A stretch of DNA of 32,000 nucleotides from Geobacter sulfurreducens PCA (GTDB lineage Bacteria > Desulfobacterota > Desulfuromonadia > Geobacterales > Geobacteraceae), in the NCBI RefSeq assembly GCF_000007985.2, contig NC_002939.5:930001-962000 (forward strand), in the 5' to 3' direction. The position numbers and the translations under genes are program-made. The notes beneath the pieces were generated by a model. The model saw only the letters and a program-made list of their open reading frames with translations, was not told the DNA's origin and searched no databases. Below are positions 24,470-32,000 of this stretch, in pieces; the stretch's first letter is position 1, and every line of letters begins with the position of its first letter.

Positions 24470-26512
24470 ATGCTTGATCTTTCCACCCTCAACCCGCCCC
24501 AGCGGGAGGCGGTCGACTGTACCGAAGGCCCGCTCCTGGTCCTGGCCGGGGCCGGCTCGGGCAAGACCCGGGTCATCACCTGCCGGATCGGTCACCTGGT
24601 CCTCCACAGGAAGGTTGCGCCCGAGAGCATCCTGGCCGTCACCTTTACCAACAAGGCAGCGGGAGAGATGAAGGAGCGGGTGCGCGAGCTGGTGGGCCGC
24701 GGCCGCACCAAGGGGATGATCGTCTCCACCTTCCACTCCCTGGGGGTGCGCATCCTGCGGCGCGATATCGAACGGCTGGGCTACAAGAGGAACTTCGGCA
24801 TCTACACCACGTCTGACCAGCTGGGGCTGGTGCGCCAGGCCCTGCGCGAGGTGAGCGACGACGGCCGCAAGGTGGACACCGAAGGGATCCTCTGGCGCAT
24901 CTCCGGCTGGAAGAACCGTCTGATTCCCCCCGACCGGGTGCAGCCCCGCCTGAACGACCCGGACGAGCTTCTGGCCGCCACGATCTACCCCCGCTACCAG
25001 CGGCTGCTCATGGCCTGCAATGCCATCGACTTCGACGACATCATCATGCTGACCGTGCGGCTCCTCCAGGAGCAGCCGGAGGTCCTGGACCACTGGCAGG
25101 AGCGGTTCCGCTACATCATGGTGGACGAGTACCAGGACACCAACGCCTCCCAGTACCTGTTCGTGTCGCTGCTGGCGAAGAAGTACCGCAACCTGTGCGT
25201 GGTGGGGGACGACGACCAGTCCATCTACGGCTGGCGCGGCGCCGACGTGGGGAACATCCTCGCCTTCGAGAAGGACTACCCCGGCTGCCGGGTGGTGAAG
25301 CTGGAGCAGAACTACCGCTCCACCGGCACCATCCTGGAGGCGGCCAATCACGTGATCAGGAACAACAGCGTGCGCACGGAGAAGCGCCTCTGGACCGACG
25401 CGGGCGAGGGCCGGCCCATCGACCTGGTCATCGCCCAGGACGACGAGGAGGAGGCCAGCCAGGTGGTGGAACGGCTCCAGATGGAGCGCTACCGGCACAA
25501 TCTCTCCTTCGGCGATTTCGCCATCCTCTACCGGACCAACTCCCAGAGCCGGGCCTTCGAGGAGCAGCTCCGCTTCGAGGACATCCCCTACGTGCTGGTG
25601 GGGGGAATGCAGTTCTACGAGCGCAAGGAGGTGAAGGACGCCCTCTCGTACCTGAAGGTGATCGACAACCCCCGGGACGAGCAGTCGCTCCTGCGGATCG
25701 TCAACTTTCCACGCCGGGGGATCGGCGACGGCACGGTCCTGAAGATCAACCAGTGGTCCCTGGAGCACGACTGCCCCCTTCTGGAGGCCTTCGGCCGGGT
25801 GGAGGAGATCGAGGGGGTCACGGGGGCGGTGCGGGAGAAAGTGCTGGCCTTCCACCGGCTGGTGGAGGAGTCGGTGCGCGATTTCCGCCATGCCGGCAAC
25901 CTGGCGGCACGGGTGAAGGGGCTGTTCGACCGGCTCGGGCTGGAGGAGGAGCTCTACCGGACCATCGAGGACCCGGCCACGGCCCGGCGCAAGGTGGAGA
26001 ACGTGGCCGAGGTCATCAACTCCCTGGCCGCGTTCGAGGAACGGATACCCGGCGCCACCCTGTCGGGCTTTCTGGAAAAGGTCTCCCTCATGGACGAGGA
26101 TCGCTTCGCCGGCAAGGACAAGAAGGAGCACGGCAAGGACGCGGTTACCCTCATGTCGCTCCACTCCAGCAAGGGGCTGGAGTTTCCCTTTGTGTTCCTG
26201 GTGGGATTCGAGGAGGAGATCCTGCCCCACAAGAGGACGGTGGAGGAGGGGATGCCCATCGACGAGGAGCGGCGTCTCTGCTACGTGGGGATAACGAGGG
26301 CCCGCCGGCACCTGACCATCACCCGGTGCCTGAACCGGAAGAAGTACGGCAAGCTTCAGGAGCGACAGCCGAGCCGGTTCCTGGAGGAGATCCCCGGACG
26401 TCTCCTGCAGGTCCACGAAGGGAGCGTAAAAAAGGCCTCCACCGAAGAAGAGGCGGAGGCCCTGGCCCAGGATTTCTTTGCCCGGATGCGGTCGATGCTC
26501 CAGCAGGAGTGA
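24470..26512 (+). CDS. ATP-dependent DNA helicase, UvrD/PcrA/Rep family (SF1A)
   Basis: LNPPQREAV, Walker A AGAGSGKTRVIT, VDEYQDTN, YRS, and C-terminal LHSSKGLEFPFVFL and RLCYVGITRA motifs. Start preferred at ATG 24470 (SD GAGG, 7-nt spacer) over 24464. Confidence 0.92.
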   Translation: MLDLSTLNPPQREAVDCTEGPLLVLAGAGSGKTRVITCRIGHLVLHRKVAPESILAVTFTNKAAGEMKERVRELVGRGRTKGMIVSTFHSLGVRILRRDIERLGYKRNFGIYTTSDQLGLVRQALREVSDDGRKVDTEGILWRISGWKNRLIPPDRVQPRLNDPDELLAATIYPRYQRLLMACNAIDFDDIIMLTVRLLQEQPEVLDHWQERFRYIMVDEYQDTNASQYLFVSLLAKKYRNLCVVGDDDQSIYGWRGADVGNILAFEKDYPGCRVVKLEQNYRSTGTILEAANHVIRNNSVRTEKRLWTDAGEGRPIDLVIAQDDEEEASQVVERLQMERYRHNLSFGDFAILYRTNSQSRAFEEQLRFEDIPYVLVGGMQFYERKEVKDALSYLKVIDNPRDEQSLLRIVNFPRRGIGDGTVLKINQWSLEHDCPLLEAFGRVEEIEGVTGAVREKVLAFHRLVEESVRDFRHAGNLAARVKGLFDRLGLEEELYRTIEDPATARRKVENVAEVINSLAAFEERIPGATLSGFLEKVSLMDEDRFAGKDKKEHGKDAVTLMSLHSSKGLEFPFVFLVGFEEEILPHKRTVEEGMPIDEERRLCYVGITRARRHLTITRCLNRKKYGKLQERQPSRFLEEIPGRLLQVHEGSVKKASTEEEAEALAQDFFARMRSMLQQE

Positions 26513-26552
26513 ACCTGTGTTCAGCGGTTGAACACGGCCGGTTCCCGGGCGG

Positions 26553-27224
26553 TTACTTTTTGATGGTCTTCTCGCCCGGCTTCCAGCCCAGGGGGCAGAG
26601 TTCGCCGGTCTGGAGCGCCTCCAGGACCCGGATGGTCTCCTCCACGCTCCTGCCCACCGACGGGGTCTGGACCACCTGGTACTGGAGGACGCCATTGGGG
26701 TCGATGATGAAGAGCCCGCGCAGCGCGACTCCTTCCTTTTCGTCCAGGATACCGTAGCGGATGGTGGCTTCCTTCTTGTTGTCGGCCAGCAGCGGGAACT
26801 TGAGGTCGCCCAGGTCGCCCCGGTTGATCCAGGCCAAGTGAGAGAACTTGCTGTCCACTGAGGCGCCGAGCACGACAGCGTTCAGTTCGGTGAAACGGTC
26901 CACGGCGGCGTTGAAGCCCCTGATCTCGGTGGGGCAGACAAAGGTGAAGTCGCCCGGGTAGAAGAAGAGAACCACCCACTTGCCCCGGTAGTCGGCCAGA
27001 TTGACCCGCTTGAACTCCTTGTTGACCACCGCCTCAAGCGAGAACGCCGGGGCCGGCTCACCCACCATGGCCCGTTCCGGCTCGCTCTGGACCATACCCT
27101 TGTGGTGCTGCACCATGAGCTCCGTGGCGCGGGTCATCCCGTCGACCTTGTCGGAGGCTGCCATGGCGGTGCTTGCGGCGAGCAGCAGGGTAAGCGTCAG
27201 CATGATGGGACCGGTTGATTTCAT
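26553..27224 (-). CDS. Typical 2-Cys peroxiredoxin (AhpC/Prx1 type) carrying an N-terminal signal peptide
   Basis: Peroxidatic Cys context FYPGDFTFVCPTE. Resolving Cys GELCPLGWKPG. The N-terminus MKSTGPIMLTLTLLLAASTAMA-AS looks like a Sec signal, followed by a ~35-aa linker before the Prx fold. Confidence 0.85.
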   Translation of the reverse strand: MKSTGPIMLTLTLLLAASTAMAASDKVDGMTRATELMVQHHKGMVQSEPERAMVGEPAPAFSLEAVVNKEFKRVNLADYRGKWVVLFFYPGDFTFVCPTEIRGFNAAVDRFTELNAVVLGASVDSKFSHLAWINRGDLGDLKFPLLADNKKEATIRYGILDEKEGVALRGLFIIDPNGVLQYQVVQTPSVGRSVEETIRVLEALQTGELCPLGWKPGEKTIKK

Positions 27225-27276
27225 TTGTTGCCTCCTGGCGCGAATAAGTACGGCTTCGAATTGAAATACATCTACC

Positions 27277-27304
27277 CTTATACTTGATTTGACAGACGAT
27301 GCAA
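27277..27304 (-). promoter_or_regulatory. Sigma70-type promoter candidate for the peroxiredoxin gene
   Basis: The minus strand reads TTGCAT (complement of 27299-27304), 16 nt, TATAAG (complement of 27277-27282), about 50 nt upstream of the ATG at 27224. Confidence 0.35.
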
Positions 27305-27391
27305 GCCGAGAAAAGGGTGTTCGCCGTCCGTCTTTTGTGATACACCTTGAGCCTCACAGTGTCATCTGATGATTACAGAAAGGAGCATGCC

Positions 27392-27907
27392 ATGAGCGAA
27401 GAGCAGAACCCCCGGGTCATGCTTGAGACCTCCCAGGGGAACATCACCATCGAACTGTTCAGGGACAAGGCGCCGATTTCCGCCCGCAATTTCCTCTCTT
27501 ACGTGAAGGACGGCTACTATGACGGTCTCATCTTCCACCGGGTCATCAAGGGATTCATGGTCCAGGGGGGCGGGATGGACGAAAACATGCAACCCCGGAA
27601 GACCAAGTTCGCCATCAAGAACGAGGCGACCAACGGCCTCTCCAACAAGCGGGGGACTCTGGCCATGGCCCGGACCGCGGTGGTCGACAGCGCCACGTCC
27701 CAGTTCTTCATCAACCTGGTGGACAACGCGTTTCTCGATAACCGGGGCAAGACTCCCGATCTTTTCGGCTATGCCGTGTTCGGACAGGTCGTGGAGGGGA
27801 TGGAGGTAGTGGACGCCATTGCCGGGGTTAAGACCGGCAACAGGGCGGGCCACTCGGATGTGCCGGTGGAGAACGTGTTTATCACCAGGGCTTCGGTGAT
27901 CGAATAA
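27392..27907 (+). CDS. ppiB: Cyclophilin-type peptidyl-prolyl cis-trans isomerase (cytoplasmic, PpiB-like)
   Basis: [36 protein letters not shown] and SATSQFFIN motifs. Start set at ATG 27392, preceded by SD AAAGGAG. No signal peptide. Confidence 0.9.
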   Translation: MSEEQNPRVMLETSQGNITIELFRDKAPISARNFLSYVKDGYYDGLIFHRVIKGFMVQGGGMDENMQPRKTKFAIKNEATNGLSNKRGTLAMARTAVVDSATSQFFINLVDNAFLDNRGKTPDLFGYAVFGQVVEGMEVVDAIAGVKTGNRAGHSDVPVENVFITRASVIE

Positions 27908-27933
27908 GGTTCAGCTGCGTAATGAGGTCGCAT

Positions 27934-27966
27934 AAAAAAGGCCGTCCGATCGGGCGGCCTTTTTTC
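27934..27966. terminator. Bidirectional terminator between convergent ppiB and the GGDEF gene
   Basis: AAAAAAGGCCGTCCGATCGGGCGGCCTTTTTT. The GC stem has one mismatch and is flanked by an A-run and a T-run. It abuts the stop of the minus-strand gene. Confidence 0.75.
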
Positions 27967-30031
27967 ATGGCAGGTTGAGCGCCGTTTTGAAGCGGGAGAT
28001 CTGCTCGTGGTCGTCAACTGAATTCCCTGCGATGATTACCCGGTTCCGCCCGTCGGACTTGGCCCGGTAGAGGGCCACGTCGGCCGCCTTGACGAGCGAC
28101 GCCTCGGTGCTGCCGTCCTCGGGGAACGAGGCGATGCCGATGCTGGCGGTGAGCCGGCCCAAGGGAAGATTATCCTCGTGGGGGAAATCCTCTCCTTCGA
28201 TCTCGCGCCGGATCCGTTCGGCCACGAAGATGGACTCCTTCTTGGATGTTCCCGGCAGGATGATGCAGAACTCTTCGCCGCCGAAGCGGGTGACCACGTC
28301 CATCTGTCGGGCGGTTTCGCTGAGGATCTTGGCCGTTCTCTTGAGCGCCCGGTCGCCGGCCAGGTGGCCGCAGAGGTCATTGTAGATCTTGAAGTGGTCC
28401 AGATCGATGAGCATCACGGTCAGGTTCAGGTTGTGACGGATGCTGCGGGCCAGCTCTTCCTCCATGCGCCGCTTGAGGAAGCGGCGATTGTAGAGGCCGG
28501 TCAGGTGGTCGGTGATGGAGAGCTGCTCCAGGATGTCGGCCCGCTCGATGGAGAGGGCGCGTTCGATCATGATGGAGGCGTGATCCGTGAAGGTGATCAA
28601 TATTTTGAGGTCGGCGTCGGTGAAGATCCCCTGGTTCTTTTTGTCCGAGAGGTTGAGCACGCCGATGGTATCTTCCCGGAGTTTTATGGGAATGCTCACG
28701 AACGACTTGGTCTTGAAGCGGGGGCGGTTGGGGGTGCCGACCCGGCGGTCCTTCTCGATGTCGTTCACCAACAGCGGGTTGCCGCTGGCGGCCACCTTGC
28801 CGGCAATGCCGGTCCCCACCTGGACCACCATGCTCTGGGCCAGGTGAAGATTCATGCCGAGGGCCGATTCGATCTTGAGCTGGGAGCCGCTTTCGTCGAT
28901 GAACATGAGCGAGCCGCAGGTGGCGTCCACCAGGTCGGCGGCCATGCCGAGGATCTGCTCGTTGAGCTGATCCTTGCTCTCGGTCCGCGACAGGGCGCTG
29001 AACATGGTGAGGAGCTCCCGGGCCTGGGCGATCTCGGAGGTGTATTTATCCTTTTCCCGCATCCGCGCGAGCTGTGTCGCCGCCTTGCCGGTCACCAGGG
29101 AGACCAGCAGCTCTTCCCGGGGCGGGATGCTGGCATCGAAGAGGACTAGAATTCCGTGGACGGCCTGGCCAGAGGTGAGGCGGAGGCAAGTGGCGTGGCT
29201 CACCTCCAGGTCCGGGAAGATCGAGCGGCATTCATCTTCCTGCAGAACGACGCTGCCCGCCCGGTCCCTGGGGAACATGCCCAGCGCCTTGGGTCCGGAA
29301 ATCGTGCCGAGATCCCGCTGCAGTCCCCATATCCCCTTGACGGTGTAGGGCGAGGTGGGGCCGTTCTGGGGGATGAGCACGGCGATCTTGGAGATGTCGA
29401 AGAGGACGCCGAGGGTCTCGCTGATGAGGGTCATGAGATCGCAGACGGATTCCGCCGTGTCGATGCCGGTGGAGATGCCGGAGATGGCGGTGAGCCGCTG
29501 CATGGTCTTCTCGAATATCTGGCTGTGGAGGTTGCGGGCCAGCAGGGAGGGGACCAGTTCCTGCACCTTGCGCGCCACCTCCTCGACTTCTTCGACGGTG
29601 GCGACCGGCAGTTCCTCGATCTCGGCCAGCAGGGCGAAGGCGTCCATGCCGTCGGCGGCGGCAAGCGATTCCATGCGGGCGAGGTCAATGCTCTTGTCGC
29701 GGACTCCGCCGCCGATCAGGCAGGTGAAGGGGATGTCGCCGGCCCGGAGAGGGACGGCGAAGTTGAGGAGGCCGACGCTGCACTGGAACACCACCGGGCG
29801 GTTGCCGGCGACCGCGCGTCCGACCGCGTCTTCCAAGGCCAGCATGCAGGAATGCGTGCAGAAGTGATACTGGTGCGGCGAGCCGCAGACCGTGAACCTG
29901 GACTTGTAGCGCGGCATCCCTCCGTCCTGATCGCAGCAGAAAGTCAGGTGGTAGGGCGCGAGGAACTGGTGTGACTTGAGGGCCTCAAGCAGTTCCACCG
30001 GCTGAATTGTCGTCAGGTTCACATGGGGCAC
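27965..30031 (-). CDS. Diguanylate cyclase: PocR-like Cys-rich sensory domain + GAF region(s) + GGDEF
   Basis: The N-terminus is PocR-like: LTFCCDQDGG...FTVCGSPHQYHFCTHSCMLALEDAV...FQCSVGLLNFAVPL. There is a clear GAF (GSLMFIDESGSQLKIES...GIAGKVAASGNPLLVNDI...SFVSIPIKL...IGVLNLSDK), preceded by a second GAF-like stretch. The GGDEF domain has active site GGEEF and an RQMD (RxxD) I-site five residues upstream. Confidence 0.85.
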   Translation of the reverse strand: MPHVNLTTIQPVELLEALKSHQFLAPYHLTFCCDQDGGMPRYKSRFTVCGSPHQYHFCTHSCMLALEDAVGRAVAGNRPVVFQCSVGLLNFAVPLRAGDIPFTCLIGGGVRDKSIDLARMESLAAADGMDAFALLAEIEELPVATVEEVEEVARKVQELVPSLLARNLHSQIFEKTMQRLTAISGISTGIDTAESVCDLMTLISETLGVLFDISKIAVLIPQNGPTSPYTVKGIWGLQRDLGTISGPKALGMFPRDRAGSVVLQEDECRSIFPDLEVSHATCLRLTSGQAVHGILVLFDASIPPREELLVSLVTGKAATQLARMREKDKYTSEIAQARELLTMFSALSRTESKDQLNEQILGMAADLVDATCGSLMFIDESGSQLKIESALGMNLHLAQSMVVQVGTGIAGKVAASGNPLLVNDIEKDRRVGTPNRPRFKTKSFVSIPIKLREDTIGVLNLSDKKNQGIFTDADLKILITFTDHASIMIERALSIERADILEQLSITDHLTGLYNRRFLKRRMEEELARSIRHNLNLTVMLIDLDHFKIYNDLCGHLAGDRALKRTAKILSETARQMDVVTRFGGEEFCIILPGTSKKESIFVAERIRREIEGEDFPHEDNLPLGRLTASIGIASFPEDGSTEASLVKAADVALYRAKSDGRNRVIIAGNSVDDHEQISRFKTALNLP

Positions 30032-30228
30032 GGTTGTTTCCTCGGGAATATCAAGGGCGCTACGCGGGTGATCTCTATCTCATCCCCGGGCGTAGAGCGC
30101 TTTCCCCCTCATGGAAACGGTCCTCGCGACGCGAGCCATCCGTGGCCCCTCCCCTCCGGTGACGGAGCGGGAGGTACATCCTTCCCTCCTGAAACATCGC
30201 ATGGCGCCGTCCATCGCTGCCAATTGCA

Positions 30229-31611
30229 TCATGCCGCGCCGCCCACCGTTATTTCGTCGATGAGAAGCGTCGGTTGGGCATCGGAGACCGGCACACCCTG
30301 ACCGTCCTTGCCGCAGGTCCCGATGCCGAAGCCGAGATCGCTGCCGACCTTGACGATCTTCTTGAGAATGTCCGGGCCGTTGCCGGTAAGGGTGGCTCCC
30401 CTGACCGGTTCCCCGATGGCTCCATTTTCAATAAGATATCCTTCGGTGACTTCGAACACGAAGTCGCCGTTTACCGTATTTACCTGCCCGCCGCCCATCT
30501 TGCGGACGAAGAGTCCCTGGCCGACCCCCCGCACGATCTCCTCCGGGTCCGACTCGCCGGGGGCAATGAGGGTGTTGGTCATCCGGACGATGGGCTTGGT
30601 GTGGTACCCCTCGCGCCTGCCGTTGCCCGTGGAGGCGCAGCCGTCCTTCATGGCGGACAGCCGGTCGTAGAGATACCCTTTCAGGATGCCGTTCTCCACC
30701 AGTACCGTGCGCTGGGCCGGGGTTCCCTCATCGTCGAAGGAGAACGAGCCCCGCGCGTTGGGGATGGTGGCGTCGTCGATCACCGTCACCAGGGGCGATG
30801 CCACCTGTTGCCCCACTTTTCCCGTGTAGACCGACAGGCCGTTGCCGGCCAGGTCCGCCTCAAGGCCGTGGCCGATTGCCTCGTGCACCATGGTGCCGCC
30901 GGCCTCCGACGAGAGGACCACCGGCATCAGCCCTCCCGGCGCCTTGCGCGCGCCGAGCATCATGACCGCCCGGCGGGCGGCGGCACGGGCGATCTCTTCG
31001 GGGGGGCGCTCCCGGAAGATCTCGTGGCCCATGAATTTCCCCGTTGCTTCATAGCCGGTCTGGATCACGTCCGCGCCAGCAGCAACCACATGGGCCAGGT
31101 ACAGGGTGCCCGTCCGATTGGTTTCGATGAAGTCGCCCAGTGAATTGGCGATCTGGCATTTCACTCGGCTGTCGCGATAGGCAATTGTAACTTGCCGAAT
31201 TGTTTCGCTGATGTCGCGGGCAGCCTTGTTGCCTCTCTCCACCAGTGCAATTTTTTCATGGAGAGCTACGCCATCTGGCGTAATTTCTATGGGGAACCCT
31301 GCCCCCACTGCCCTCGGTTTCATTGCGATGGTCTGCTCAAAGACCTTGCCCCGCACTGCCCTGCTCACCGTTGTGGCCAGTTCCATGAGGGCGGTGCCGG
31401 TCACCTCGTTGGTGTACGCGTAGGCGGTGCGGAGATCGGAAATGACCCGGATCCCCACCCCGCGGTCCGTTCCGGCGAGGACCTTCTCGATTTTTCCGTC
31501 CTCGCAGAATACTGCGGTGGTGGAGCCTTCTTCGAAGTAAATCTCCGCGAATTCACCGCCGCCCGCGAGGGCCTGTCGCAGGATGGCGGATAGGTTCATC
31601 TGGTCGAGCAT
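30229..31611 (-). CDS. tldD: Metalloprotease TldD
   Basis: HEAIGHGLEAD metal-binding motif, with TldD/PmbA-family sequence throughout (GGEFAEIYFEE..., GGQVNTVNGDFVF). An alternative start at ATG 31599 forms an ATGA overlap with the upstream gene's stop. Confidence 0.92.
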   Translation of the reverse strand: MLDQMNLSAILRQALAGGGEFAEIYFEEGSTTAVFCEDGKIEKVLAGTDRGVGIRVISDLRTAYAYTNEVTGTALMELATTVSRAVRGKVFEQTIAMKPRAVGAGFPIEITPDGVALHEKIALVERGNKAARDISETIRQVTIAYRDSRVKCQIANSLGDFIETNRTGTLYLAHVVAAGADVIQTGYEATGKFMGHEIFRERPPEEIARAAARRAVMMLGARKAPGGLMPVVLSSEAGGTMVHEAIGHGLEADLAGNGLSVYTGKVGQQVASPLVTVIDDATIPNARGSFSFDDEGTPAQRTVLVENGILKGYLYDRLSAMKDGCASTGNGRREGYHTKPIVRMTNTLIAPGESDPEEIVRGVGQGLFVRKMGGGQVNTVNGDFVFEVTEGYLIENGAIGEPVRGATLTGNGPDILKKIVKVGSDLGFGIGTCGKDGQGVPVSDAQPTLLIDEITVGGAA

Positions 31612-31868
31612 ATCTCTTGTTTCCCGTCACCTTGCACCTTTTTTAAAGCAATTTCAGTGCCGAGTGCTGTTAAAAGTTCGTTGACAGTTTCCGTTAAATC
31701 GCTGGGGTATCGTACCGTGACGGTTCCGTTCGACTTGTCGGCCGAGCTGAGTACTGCGAGGCCTTCGTAGGACTCCAGGACAAAGTGAAGGTAGGCGATA
31801 TCCTTTCGTGCGACCTGAAAGGAGCGGAATGCTTCGCGGGGGGCGGTCACGGTGTCTCCTCCGGTCAT
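31596..31868 (-). CDS. Small conserved protein, DUF4911-like
   Basis: 90 aa. RKDIAYLHFVLESYEGLAVLSSADKSNGTVTVRYPSDLTETVNELLTAL resembles DUF4911 as I remember it (unverified). It appears translationally coupled to tldD. Confidence 0.55.
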   Translation of the reverse strand: MTGGDTVTAPREAFRSFQVARKDIAYLHFVLESYEGLAVLSSADKSNGTVTVRYPSDLTETVNELLTALGTEIALKKVQGDGKQEICSTR

Positions 31869-32000
31869 TTATGGTGTTAAGTATGTATCACGCAAGTGCT
31901 TAGAAAACAATATAAAAATTATGATACTCGAACACTTCGAAATAGCTTGAACTCTGCCTGTGCAGCGACGCCGGAAGCTGGTTGACAGGGGGAGCGATTG

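Noticed and set aside
26515-26537. 9-bp stem-loop (CTGTGTTCA-GCGGT-TGAACACGG) between the convergent helicase and peroxiredoxin genes as a terminator
   Set aside because: The hairpin is real, but it has no U-tract on either strand, so I did not list it as a terminator feature.
23858-26695. 945-aa ORF on the minus strand
   Set aside because: It is antisense to the UvrD/PcrA-type helicase, which carries all helicase motifs. The translation is repetitive and G/P/R/L/V/H-rich with no domains. It is an artefact of stop-codon-poor antisense frames.
27330-27360. TGTGA-N13-TCACA inverted repeat upstream of ppiB as a CRP/FNR-type site
   Set aside because: The 13-nt spacing does not fit the N6 (CRP) or N4 (FNR) half-site spacing. 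It is probably a chance repeat.

Overview
High-GC chromosomal segment. Gene content and style (many c-di-GMP and chemotaxis signalling proteins, radical SAM enzymes, sigma54/sigma28-type promoters) suggest Geobacter or a related Desulfuromonadota; this is an inference, since no search was possible. I support about 23 protein genes.

Left to right they are:
- Envelope proteins: a truncated AsmA-family protein, a Spy/CpxP-like LTXXQ periplasmic protein and a YegS/BmrU-type lipid kinase.
- Motility and signalling: a receiver-PilZ response regulator, a GT2 glycosyltransferase and CheV.
- A four-gene minus-strand operon: TonB-dependent receptor, orphan ABC-type substrate-binding protein, HAMP histidine kinase and a cytoplasmic molybdopterin oxidoreductase.
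- A radical SAM/SPASM enzyme preceded by an unannotated 39-codon Cys-Cys ORF and a perfect 40-nt palindrome.
- A stand-alone BioD-like/DRTGG protein divergent from a second radical SAM protein.
- A zeta-toxin-like P-loop kinase with a small overlapping upstream ORF.
- acyP-ligA, a multidomain secreted S8 protease and a UvrD/PcrA/Rep helicase.
- A signal-peptide-bearing 2-Cys peroxiredoxin and a cyclophilin.
- A PocR-GAF-GGDEF cyclase, then DUF4911-TldD.

I recognised no rRNA, tRNA, CRISPR array, IS element or integrase.

The most interesting candidate for something undescribed is the small-ORF + hairpin + radical SAM/SPASM cassette at about 14.3-16.0 kb, a possible RiPP or peptide-derived product locus. 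Next is the receptor / binding-protein / kinase / Mo-enzyme operon.

Several very long ORFs in the track (851, 945, 547 and 520 aa) are antisense or alternative-frame artefacts of the high GC content. All family assignments come from motif recognition by eye and need HMM/BLAST confirmation.
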